This document shows, in pieces, positions 1-11,700 of a DNA stretch of 64,000 nucleotides (within the stretch, counting starts at the first letter, position 1; every line of letters starts with the position of its first letter). The DNA comes from Nageia nagi (lineage: Eukaryota; Plantae; Pinophyta): positions 152,892,001 through 152,956,000 of the forward strand of contig JBITNC010000001.1 in assembly GCA_050084985.1 (NCBI GenBank). Direction: 5' to 3'. Made by a program: the position numbers and the translations under genes. Below the pieces are notes generated by a model that saw nothing but the letters and a program-made list of their open reading frames with translations, was not told the DNA's origin and did no database searches.

Positions 1-872
1 AATTTTTAAATATGATAGGTTTGTATTTTCTTCAAAGTACCTAAGGTATTTATAGGGAAAAATATACATAATACGCCAACTAACTTACTATTGAGCCATC
101 TCATTCTCCTTGCTAATGGGAGACACAAAATATTAAATTTTGTGGTAGAATTTATTCAACCTTTGATTGTAGGCCTCAATGCTCAAATAGTTATTTAATA
201 ATTTTACACATCTCATACAAAATTCAAATATATATGGTAAGGAGGAATATTTAGTTTCTAGGATAGATTAATAATGTTTTACCACCTCACCTCTAGATTT
301 GAATATTTTCACCCATTCCTAACATTATTTAAAGTATAAAAAAAATACCTTAGTGAAAAATCAAATCTAGGTATCTAAAATATTTTATAATAATTTCCTT
401 TCCAAATTAATTAATTAATTCACCACATAAAATGAAATTTGTGATAAATATTTTTGCACATAAATTTTACCTTTTTAAATCTCCCATCCTATAAAGTAAA
501 TTTATTAGTGCACACACAAATGTCATAAACATCATAGGAATCAAACTTCATGTACACCAAATATGAAATATAATTATATGAAATATATTATCCCTCATGG
601 GTTTCCAATGATTCAATGACCAATCATTTTTCACTCTTACCAATCTATTCCTATAACCAACTCATCTTTGGTTTACATGGATATCCAATCTCACTCCCAC
701 ACTGAGTCAACCTGTAACCCATGTCAAACAATCTCAAAGCCAACATCTAACCCATACAAATATTATACATATTCACTCATAATTCATCTCATCATATAAA
801 TTATCTCAAATTCAATTCAAATTACCCAAAGGTATTCAAGTCATAATAGGTGTAATTGGGTGGGTCATTACA
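1..872 (-). repeat. Probable 3' LTR (partial) of a Ty3/gypsy chromovirus
   Basis: Minus strand reads a degenerate purine tract (TTTTAATGGGTTAGTA) then TGTAATGACCC starting at 872, directly downstream of a chromodomain-integrase remnant. The other LTR end is not seen in the window. Confidence 0.5.
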
Positions 873-959
873 TACTAACCCATTAAAAGAAACATAGTCC
901 CCTATGTTCTTAAATTATACAAATAATAGAGTACAATAATGTTTACATAGTCATTCAAA

Positions 960-1560
960 GAAATATGATTTTTTTTTTCATGGTAAATGTATCTTTTCAA
1001 GTGGAAGAAGACTCAGAATAATTGGTCCATTGTACTCAACATTCATTTATCTTTCTACTCCTTAATTTCCTAGTCCTAAAAGCTAGGATTTTAATAGGGA
1101 TAACTTCAATAGCTTGAGGGTTTGACATATACAAGTTTTAAAAATCTAGCACATGAGAATGGTAAATAACATATTTTCTCAACAAGGATATATGAAGGAC
1201 ATCATGCATCTATAACAAACTTGGTGGCAAGGCAAGTTTATAAGCAACTAGACTTTATTTTTCAACTATCTCAAAGGGACCAATGAATTAGGGATTCAAT
1301 TTTGTAGACTTTATGGCACTTTTTAAGGATTAGACTCATAGAAATACATTCTTAAGGAGTTATTTGGAGATCAATGTAACTCTTTTGATGATCAGTAGCT
1401 TCCTTGAGTTTTCATCATATTAACATGAGTTGCTCCTCAATTTTCTTTAATATATTTGGTTAGATCATCACCCAATCCTCCTGATTATCCTAAGATAAAG
1501 GAGTTTTGCATCTCCTTCCATAATGATCTTTAAATGGTACCATTCCCATAGAATAATAGT
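960..1560 (-). pseudogene. Ty3/gypsy chromovirus (Tekay/Del-like) integrase C-terminus and chromodomain, degraded
   Basis: Minus-strand translation gives FIGPFEIVE, LVAYKLALPPSLL*MHDVLHIS (GPY/F region) and KLRSRKINEC*VQWTNYSESSST* (chromodomain). Confidence 0.85.
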
Positions 1561-3149
1561 AACCATTTATATTGGCAAGCTCAACTAAATATAGGTAATC
1601 CTCCCATTTAGTCATCTATTTCATTTGGTCACTTCTACCTTCATTTCTTTTCCTTTAATTCTTTAGCCTTTACTATGATGGCTTGAGATTCAATATCTTT
1701 TGTGGTTAATTCCATTAATTTGGGTCTTCTTTATTTAGACCCATACTTATGTCTTATTCTTTTTATTTTTCTCTATAGTTCTCAATCTTACATGGGCTTT
1801 TTTTCTTGATCTCTTTATTTTGAATCCTTTTTCGTTTTTATATTTTTTCTTTGGTGGGGTATATTTTCATTATATTATTTATTGAATTTTACATCCCAAT
1901 CAAATTTCCAAGGGGAAAAAGGATTATATAACTATGCCATGTATTGGATGAATGCTTGTTGCTTTTGTAGGCTATAGCTATTATTCTCCAAACTAGCCTT
2001 AAGGATTTTAGAAAACTCTAGTATTTTTTAGGTCAAAATCCTTGGTATTTTAGTAAAAGTTCCTCCACTTTGCCTTGGGAATAAATTCTCCACTAGAGTC
2101 TTCTACCATCATTTGTATTATTTCAAAATTGTTCATACTCAAGCTCCAAGGTTATATAAAATTTGGTGTTCTTGTTACATAGGGGGTCACTTTATAGAAA
2201 GACTTCAAAACACATGCATTCATAGGATTATTTTAAAACCCCCTATTTTTAAAAATAATCATTCTATATTTTAATTTATTAAACCCCTCATGGTGAACCC
2301 ATATATATTAAATAATAACCCTTATTAAAATCTTATCCTTTTATAGAAAAAATTAAATCAATTTTTTATGCCTCTTAGTAGTTTTACTCCTTGATATCAT
2401 CAATTGTAATTATAGTGATCCATGACTTTGTCAATTGAGACCATCATCTTCTATTATTTATAATTGCATGAAATGATAACCTAATGGAAGAATATCTTAA
2501 TGATGAAATTAAAGTATAGTTTAAGTCCTTGGTGATAAAGTCTAAGATACCTATTTATGTCTCTATTTATGAGGATAAACTCTTGAAGATGAAATCCAAG
2601 TAGCTTCTCTTGTGTGTGCAAGTGTAAAAATAAAAGTTTCTTTTAAAATGATTTGTGTAATGGTTATTTTCCTTTAATAATTCCATAACCTTTTTTGATC
2701 ATATAAAATGACAAGTTGATGCAAATAGAAAGCATACTTTGATCTTGTGATTGTTTAGTGTTCAAAATTATTCATTCACCAAAAAATATTAAAGAAAATA
2801 GATTACTTGAAGAATAGAAATAGAATATTTTGTATAATTTTATACACTCCTACCCCTTCCCCTTATTAAATACTTACCAATATACCAATAGTTCAACTTG
2901 ATATCAAAAATACCCCTGGTATGCACTCATATGGTATTTACCATTTCCTAATAATGACCCCCCACGGCTTGTTATTAGTGTTGTTGTATTTGGAAATGAA
3001 AATTACCTTAATACCATAATCCCATGCTACACCAATCTCTAATTTGGAGCTCAAGAATCCTTGTGGTGATTAGGGTCTAATAGTTCTTTTCTTTGATGGT
3101 GATTCCTTGTTAGAAAAATGGGGGTTTATATATACTTTTATTTCCTTTA

Positions 3150-4000
3150 TTGCTTCCCCATTTTGCTTTAATAAATTCTATGCTTCTAAAGTTTGTTTTT
3201 TGATAATATTCGATGCCAAATAACCTATCAATAACATAAAAAGGAAGTTTCACACTCCTTCCACCAAATACAAACAATCATATGATGGTGTACTTCTATA
3301 TGAAGTACCAATCTCATTATTCAACCATATTGGTTATCAATATAATCATGATATATACTTGGAGGAAGTTATGAAATTGGAGGTTCTCTTATTAGTGAAA
3401 ATGAAAGACCTAAGAAAAATTGTACAAAATCATAATAAGATCTATCTAATATCATCATGTCAATATAATGGTCTATGAGCTCCAAGTTTCCATCCTTATC
3501 TTGCATTTTTAACTATAACCTAGGGAACATTTTTGGGTATTAGTATATGAACAAACCAACAAATATATGAAATATAGTGAAAAGAGGGTAGTTTTGTGAG
3601 GGTGTTTAACCTTCTTCTAATCAATGAGGCTAGATATTTAGCCCAATTAAATAATACTATTTGTGTATGTGTAATTACATATGTTAGGGCCAACTCCTTC
3701 CTACTTACTATATTATTTCTCCATCCAAACACTATGGTGACCATGGAAAAAATAATTTGAAAGTCATACTTAAATGCACTGATGTGAGTGTTGTATATTG
3801 GCATGCTAGGGAAAGGGATTTTGGCATGTTCATTTAACCAATTTAGTAAATGTTGTTCACAATGCTTTAGTTACTCATTCATGTTAATATTTTTCAAAGG
3901 CATTTGTATAGGGAGGGGATGAAATGACTCTATTGTTGTAGGATGCAACACATCTAAAATCCTTTGACCATACTCATTTTTAATGCAATATTGGTTAAAA
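3150..4000 (-). pseudogene. Decayed extra ORF downstream of the Tat-type integrase (retroelement accessory ORF, possibly plant-mobile-domain-like)
   Basis: Includes ORF 3520-3804 (FQIIFSMVTIVFGW...FNWAKYLASLIRRRL...FHYISY), an upstream in-frame CIKNEYGQRILDVLHPTTIESFHPLP and a downstream KLPFYVIDRLFGIEYYQK. The pattern resembles accessory ORFs of gymnosperm Ty3 elements (recognised from memory). Confidence 0.55.
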
Positions 4001-4689
4001 TTTATCTTCCCTTATAGAGAAAATATTAATTTACGAAAGGGGTGATACCTCTAAGGAACAAAATGCATGAACAATGATCCCTTAAAGTGTACCTAACATT
4101 ATATAAGCTGATAATTATGAACTTATCTAAGGTTATTTTCTTCAAATCTTTGTAGTGACCATGAATCTCTATGTTCATGAAATCTATTCATGAATCCATC
4201 TAATGAGGAGCATCAATCTAATTTTTACATATGATATATTTGAGTTGGGAGCTTTTACTATGAAATGTTTTTGTGATGTATTACCATTCCCTTGCATTTG
4301 AATTTCTTAATGGTTCTTAGCTAATATTTGAGAGAGAGAACCCAAAAACTAAACCCACAAGGCTCTTGTTTAGGAAATAGTGAGAGTGGTGATGATATTT
4401 ATGATGAGGCATTATGAATTAATGGTAAACTTACTTAGACATAATTATGTGCCTAAAAAATAGACTTAATATGGGAAAAGAAATCCTAATTAATGCCCCA
4501 GTTACTTGGCACAATTTAAAAAATATATATTTACATATAGTACATCCACTAAGTGGTGGCATGTCATGCCTATGTCATGGCATGATCTTTCAAATATTGG
4601 TCATTTATGATGATCAGCAAAATCTAACCATTCATTCATCCCAACTTGAATGCATTACATTCTTTCTTTCCAATGATAGCTAGGGACTA

Positions 4690-5086
4690 GATTATAGAGA
4701 ATCAAATTTCTAATACTTTTTGGGTTTAGCCCACTCCTCATCCCATTTTAACACTAGATCTCACTACTTGAACTTTATCATAGATGATTTATTCTTATAA
4801 AACCATATTTTGAAGATGTAATTCCTTTTTTCTAGCCTATATTAGGTCTAATTCCATATGTTTTCTAAGTATACCAATTCATTCATGTGGAAGTGTATGG
4901 TGTTTGTGTCCATCATTTCATACTATTGAAGAAATTTGATTGTTGGGAATTCAAAATGTATAGGCAACAAAACCCTCTTCCCATAAATGACCATGTAAGG
5001 GGAAGAATTGATTAATTCATTATATGTGATCAGGTCTTTCCATAGAGTAAAATGATACTTTTTGTGCTAGTCTCTTTGGTTATCAC
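4690..5086 (-). pseudogene. Non-chromovirus Ty3 (Tat-like) integrase C-terminal remnant
   Basis: Minus-strand SSPYMVIYGKRVLLPIHFEFPTIKF matches the TPFxLVYGxEAxLPIEFEIP motif. It is cut at 5086 by the copia LTR. Confidence 0.7.
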
Positions 5087-5549
5087 TGTTAGAATTTGTA
5101 ATGAAATATTTAAACTCCTTGTAAGTTCAATTAATCACTTAAAGGATATGTAGATACCTTAAGGGATTAATTGAATTCTTTATTATGTGTGGACTTTGAG
5201 CTAACCATGGGGTTAGTTGGTAGGTTAAAGTTAGGTCACACATTTATTGTAACCCTAACCTTACCCTTAGGTTAAAGGGAGGTTAGGGAGGTGCTCTCAA
5301 GCTATAAATAGAGGGCCTCTCCTCTTGTAACATATCTAAGTTTTGGAGTAAGAATACTCTACTAGTTTGTGTAGGAGAGAGGAAGAGAATAGTTGTAAGA
5401 GGGGCATACTTGAGAATTGAGATACTAGTTATGGATGTACTCCCAAGGAGGGGGGAACCACATTACACTTGTGTTATCTTGTGTGAATGTTGTGTGATTG
5501 AGCTTCCTAGTATTGGACCTTGAGGATTAGAGTAGTGCTAATTCTCTCA
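5087..5549 (+). repeat. Copia 5' LTR (463 bp)
   Basis: TG...CA ends, followed by the PBS. The first ~335 bp match 13618-13961 with about 8 substitutions and 2 indels. Confidence 0.95.
5303..5310 (+). promoter_or_regulatory. LTR TATA box
   Basis: CTATAAATAG present in both LTR copies at the usual U3 position. Confidence 0.7.
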
Positions 5550-5551
5550 AT

Positions 5552-5564
5552 TGGTATCTAGAGC
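5552..5564 (+). promoter_or_regulatory. Primer-binding site, tRNA-iMet type with one extra base
   Basis: TGGTATCTAGAGC 2 nt after the LTR end; canonical is TGGTATCAGAGC. Confidence 0.85.
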
Positions 5565-6282
5565 TTGGTGTGGAAGCTCTTCTTCTAAATCTTGGAGGTT
5601 CTTCATCTTTCTTTATTCCTTTGGTGTGGAAGCTCTTCTTCTACATTTTGGAGGTTCTTCATCCTTCTTCATTCCTCATCTTACACCCCATTGGTGAGGT
5701 AAATTTTAAGAGAAGGTATAAATTTCCTCCTCATTTGGTTATCTTAATGGATTATTACATTAGATACTAACATATTTTGTGAGATATTGGAGCTTATTTT
5801 TTGCAAAATATGATCAAAATTGGCAATGCAAGCAATTTTTTTGCTAACCTCTTATGTTAGTAGCATTTTTTTTTTTACAAAAATGGTTAATACATGATAT
5901 ACCTTTTAAGAGGATACTATGTGATGCAAATATTTTTTTACTAACATTTTGTTTGTTAGTAGTATTGATCAATAACTATATTACAAGCATTGCCAAGGTG
6001 TAATAGTTACATAATACTTTATTTCTTCTCTAAATTGTCTTATTTTTTGCAAAAATTTTAATGCAAATAGAGGGAAATAATTTCTAGAGGTAATTTTTTA
6101 AAATTTTAAAGCAAATATGGGGATATTATTGTTATTATTGAAAAAAAAAGGGGGGAGAAAGGTATTTAACAAAAAAAAAGAGATTTACCTTCAATTTATT
6201 TACCATATTTTTCAATTTTTACAAAATTAGTATTAAATTGAAAATATTGTAAATAATAAAGTTTACAAAATAAATCTAATAC

Positions 6283-6543
6283 ATTGAAAGGGTCTGTAAA
6301 TTGATTGACAAAATGCCTCATCTCATATGTAAAAAATGGATACGTCATCTCCTCCTCCCTCGTGCATATTTTAGACATGTATGCAAACTATGGAAGTGTA
6401 GGGAAGGCACAGGAATTGTTTGACATTATTTGACAAAATGCAGATAGAGTTTCATGGTTTGCAGAGTTTTATGGACTGCAATGGTCAAAGGATATGCACA
6501 AATGGATACAATGAAAGGGAGTTTCATAGACTACAGTGATCGT
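6283..6543 (+). pseudogene. Mosaic of PLS-class pentatricopeptide-repeat (PPR) gene fragments inside the copia leader
   Basis: Short pieces in different frames: IERVCKLIDKMPH, SYVKNGYV, LDMYANYGSVGKAQELFD, LFDKMQ, DRVSW, VLWTAMVKGYAQ/NGYNE, GVS*TTVI. Compare the PLS consensus [40 protein letters not shown]. Confidence 0.85.
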
Positions 6544-8734
6544 ATGCCAGCCAACACCCATCCCAGTCTCACTCCCTCTCCTATAGCCTATTCATGTGTA
6601 CTACATGCCTCTCCACAGACTCCTCCCAACTAGTGACCTCCTCCTGCAACCTGCTCCCTCATGCGTGTACCATCGTGTGACCTGGTCGTACCTTCTGATG
6701 CACCTGCATGCCTCTCCCGTAGCCTCCTCCCTCACATGTGTGCCATCATGCATCTTAATTGGCCAGCCTCCTACCAACCATGATGCATAGCAGTCTTCTC
6801 CTTGAAGCCTACTCTCTCCTGGTCTCCCTCGCATGCAGCAGTCTTCTCCTCCTTCTCCTCTTGCGCTCCTCCTCTCTATCACCAACTTCCTGCGCAAGCC
6901 TCATCTTCCTCCTTCACCATCACCTCCATTAGCTATCTTCTAGTGCCTCCATGAAGGTCCTTCTCCTTCCCATAGTCAAGTGTGATGGCTGTCAAACATT
7001 TGCAAGTCCTCCTTGTCATTTAATGCACTTAGATGCATTAAGTTTGTTGACCACTTGCAAAATGACTACTCCCAAAAAGCAACATGCTCTTCTTGGTAAA
7101 AGAAAAAGGGGGGGTCATTTCTTAAGAACAAACATGCATTTATTTTTTGTTTTACCAACTAGATAAGGGATTTAATTTTTTGTTGTTTTACCACCTAAGT
7201 CTTAAAAACCCAACCAAACCCCTTGAGCATTAATTTTTTGACTACTCCCAAAAAGCAACGTATGCTCTTCTTGGTAGAAGAAAAAGGGGGGGTCATATTT
7301 TTTAACTACAAAGCATTTAATTGTTTTTTATCTTAGGAGTATTTTTTTGAATGCTTGAGGTAGGAGAAGCATTAAATATGCATGAAGTAGGGGTATGGGT
7401 CTCCTTCTTTTTCCATTTAATTCTTGGAGACTTGGTAAGTGGTGAATATTTTTAACTTATTTTAAGTTAAACTTAGCTTATTTTTAAAAAAATGCTTAGA
7501 ATATTTTTTAATATTGCATGTTTAATTTACTAAGGAGCACATGGAATTTCTAAAATGCTAACCTCTTAGTATTTTTTTTCTCTCTAAGCATAGTAATTTA
7601 GTCTAAGTATGCTATTTTTTTTTTAAGTAAATAAGGGAATTTTTTTTACTTAAAATGCATACTTATAAGATAAGTCTTAGCATACAATTTTTTTAGGGAT
7701 AAAACCTTAAGTGAAAAGGGGGGAATTGGTATAATTTTTACTTAAATTTTATCTATATCTTGCATGCTAGACTTGTGATGCATGTCTCTTTATCTTGTAA
7801 ACCTTATCTAGATCTTGCATGCTAGACTTATGATGAATGTATCTTTATCTTATTTGAAGAATAAAACATGCTTAGGACTTAAAATTTTAAGTTAAATAAT
7901 GCATGATGCATGATTATTACTTAAATTTTTTAAGTCATGGAACAATGCATATTTTTTAAAGTTATGGATTAATGCTAAGTAGGACTTAGTTTCTTTTTAA
8001 GTTCATTAAGTGCTTGAATAAATTGAGCAAAATATACAAAATGTAAAATGTCCTTTAGGGGTTAGTACAAAACCCATTGGACTTTTTTTAAGGTTTTTCA
8101 AGCTCGTGTGGATGATGCAATTTTACTTTATATTTTTGCACAATTTGCTTTATACTTGCAAAATGCAAATATTGAAAGTAACCCCTAAAATGAACACATC
8201 TGCACGTATTCTTCCACAACATGACTTGTTTGGGGAGCCACAAGGTGAGGATAGGGCAGACTAGAGCCCTTTTAGTCCGAAGACCCAAGTGGTGGTAAGT
8301 CCATCTTAATTGCCCCTAAGACCTCTATTGGATTGGACATAACTCTATTAGGTGGACAGGCATGTGTGTAGTGATACCACATGTTCGTATGTCCATTTAG
8401 GGATTATCCTAATAACCTAGGAGGAAAACTAAAAACCTTAATCAAGATAATTAAAATGGCCGATCCAAGATACGTCAGATCCTTGGAAAATAGTTGGTAC
8501 TTCTCCTTATGAGAGTATATTACTGACCAAGGTGAACTGGTTGAGGACTGGTAGTACCTGGGCTCCACCTTGCGAGCATCCAGGTGAAGGCCTAAAACAA
8601 CCCCAACTTTATTCCTCTACAGATCATGGTTTATAAGTTTGCACTTATGGGACATGTTTACTTATGTTTGATTTGTATAGATGGAAACTTGTAAAAATTT
8701 GCATTCTTATTGCATATTTACTTTTGTATAGACA

Positions 8735-11700
8735 ATGGTTGAAACCTTCATACCCAAGTACATACTCGATGGTTCCAACTTCGGCATATGGGAACCTCGT
8801 ATGAGAGCTAAGTTACAAGCAAGGAAGCTATGGCAGATAGTAAATGGAGATCTAGTCACTCCTACAGATGAGAAGGCCCTTGAAATCTACAACTCAAAGA
8901 GTGAGTTAGCAACTTCAATGATCTATCGTGCAGTTTCAGATGACATCCTTCTCATGATCTCTTCCTCGACATCAGCAAAAGAAGCTTGGGATAGACTAAA
9001 GAAAATTTACCTTGGGTCCAAATTTTCAAGGAGGTTCACCATTCTACAAAATTTGTTGCAATATCATCAAGGTGAAGATGAAAGTGCCTCTATCTACTTG
9101 AACAAAATCATTGACCTCAGGACACAACTGGTTGGCTGTGGGTGCAATTGGATCAATGATGAGTTCATGGTCTTCATCATTCTTCAAAGCCTCTCTACAA
9201 AGTTTAATAACTTTGTCACAGTTATGGAGACTAGGCTCAATGATGAAGAAGATGTTATCTCTCTTGAAAACCTTTCTAGACTCCTGCTGAAGCATGAGGA
9301 AACTTTGAACAAGAAAATGTTGAACATTTCTCCAAAGTATAATAGCATTGCTCTAGGAGCAACCAAAACTCCTTTCAAGAAGATGTTCAAACATTATAAA
9401 TTCAAAGATAACAAATCCTCATCTACCATCAGGAAGCACGACAACTTCAAGCAAAGGAATGACAAAGCTAGATCAAGCAAACCAACACCACAGGAAAAGT
9501 TTGATGGAAATTGTAACTTTTGTGGCATCTTTGGGCACAAAGAGTATGATTGTCACAAAAAGAAATTTTCTCAAAAAGGCAAGAGAAATGCAAATGTGAG
9601 AAATTTCAATAATAAAAAGAAGAACAAGCATGCTGCTACTATTGCCTACTACTCAATGACACAAACTATTTCAAATGATTGGATTGTTGATTCAGGATGC
9701 ACTAATCACATGTGTTATGAAAAGGATAAGTTTGAAAACTTTCATAAGTACAACAAGGATACAATTGTGATAGGTGATAATACAGTCCTTGATGTTCAAG
9801 GAATAGGGAATGTGAAGATTCATGGAAAGGCTCTTGATAATGTCTTTTATGTGCCTAAACTAAGGATGAATCTTATCTCTGTAATTCAGATTACAAGGAA
9901 AGGATGCTCATTTGAGTTTACCTCACACTCCTGGTGTGTTAAGAAAGGACTTGCCACTTTGATGAAAGGATCAGTAAAGAATGACCTTTATATTATGGAT
10001 TAAGTACCTTCAAAGATTTATCTTACTACAAATGTTTGTTCAAAAGGTAATCTTTGGCATGAACAATTAGGGCACCTTAACCACAAGAGTATTCAAGATA
10101 TGAAAAATCAAGAACTTGTGGAAGGTTTACCTAATATTTCACCCATAATTGGTCTTTGTGAAAGGTGCATTCTAGGAAAGATGAATAGGCAAAAGTTTGA
10201 AAAAGATAAGGCAACTCGGGCTACTCATCCTCCTCAGCTTGTGCATTCAGATTTGATGGGTCCATTTCAGACTAAGTCTCTAGGGGGAGCTTCTTATGTT
10301 CTGACCTTCATTGATGACTTCAGTAGGATGACATTTGGTTATCTACTTGAGCACAAGGATCAAACTTTTGACTAGTTTAAAGACTTCAAGGCACTTGTTG
10401 AAAATCAAACTGATTTTAAGATCAAAATACTGAGATCTAATAATGGGGGTGAGTATAATAGCAATGAGTTTAACAACTATTGTGTTAAACATGGGATCAA
10501 GTGGCAATTCACAATCCCATACACCCCTCAGCAAAATGGAGTTGCTAAAAGGAAGAATCGCACCATTATGGAAATGGCAAGATGCATGTTGGGTAACCTT
10601 CCTAGTTTCTTATGGGGAGAAGTTGTTCACACTGCTATTCACACCCTAAATAGGTGTCCTACTAAAGTAGTTGAAGGAAAAACTCTGTATGAAGCATGGA
10701 CAGGAAAGAAACCTAACATCTCACACTTCAAGGTCTTTGGTTATGATACATTTGCCTTCATTACCTCAGAGAAAAGAAAGAAGCTAGACAAAAGATCAAA
10801 AAAATGCATCTTTATGGGGTATGATAATTAGCATAGAGGTTACAAGCTCTACTCCTCATCCCATAAAATAGTCTTTGTTTCTAGGGATGTCAAGTTCAAT
10901 GAACTTCCTGAGGATACAACTTCTCATGCTGAGGTGTCTAATTCAGATGATTCTATGCTTGCACCTAACTGGTTGGATGATCATGTAGGGAAGTCACCAC
11001 AAGAGCAAAATTCTCCAGCTCAGAGAATTACAAGGAGTATGACCTTGAATAAATCCTTATTTGCCAAAATTGATAATATAAATGAGCCATCAACATTCAA
11101 AGAAGATTCCAAGCAAGAGTGTTGGATGGAAGCTATGAAAGTTGAGTATGAGGCACTCATGAAAAATGAAACTTGGGATTTGGTTCCTTATCCCAATGAG
11201 AAAAATGTGATTGGAAATAAATGGATATACAAGGTCAAGTACAATTCTGATGGAGAAGTTGAAAAATACAAAGGAAGGTTAGTGGCCAAAGGATTCGCTT
11301 AGAAATATGGTATTGATTATGAGGAAACCTTTGCTCCTGTGGCCAAGATGCCTACTGTCAGAATAATCCTTGCTCTTTCTACAGCTTAGGGATAGAAAGT
11401 TTTTCAACTTGATGTCAAGAGTGCATTTCTCAATGGTGACTTGGATGTAGAAATCTACATGAATCAACCAAAAGGATTTATTCCAGAAGGAAAAGAGTCT
11501 CTTGTGTGCAAGCTAATGAAGTCTTTGTATGGACTTAAATAAGCACCTAGAGTATGATACAAGAAAATTTCAAGATTCTTTGTAGATATTGGTTTTTCCA
11601 AATGCTTCTTTGACTCAGATCTCTATGTACTCAATCAAGGAAAAGACGTGGTCTTAATTCTCCTTTATGTGGATGATCTTCTCATAATAGGCAACAATAT

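Noticed and set aside
1560-2900. 3' LTR of the Tat element
   Set aside because: A purine tract exists near 2240 (minus), but no match to the sequence beyond the PBS at 30422 could be seen.
5251-5288. Telomeric repeat (CCCTAA/TTAGGG words)
   Set aside because: Isolated words forming an LTR hairpin, not an array.
6283-6543. Functional PPR gene
   Set aside because: Only ~260 bp, in multiple frames, with stops and no continuous motif array.
6596-6897. Overlapping ORFs 6596-6790 (+) and 6601-6897 (-)
   Set aside because: By-products of C-rich low-complexity sequence; no recognisable domain.
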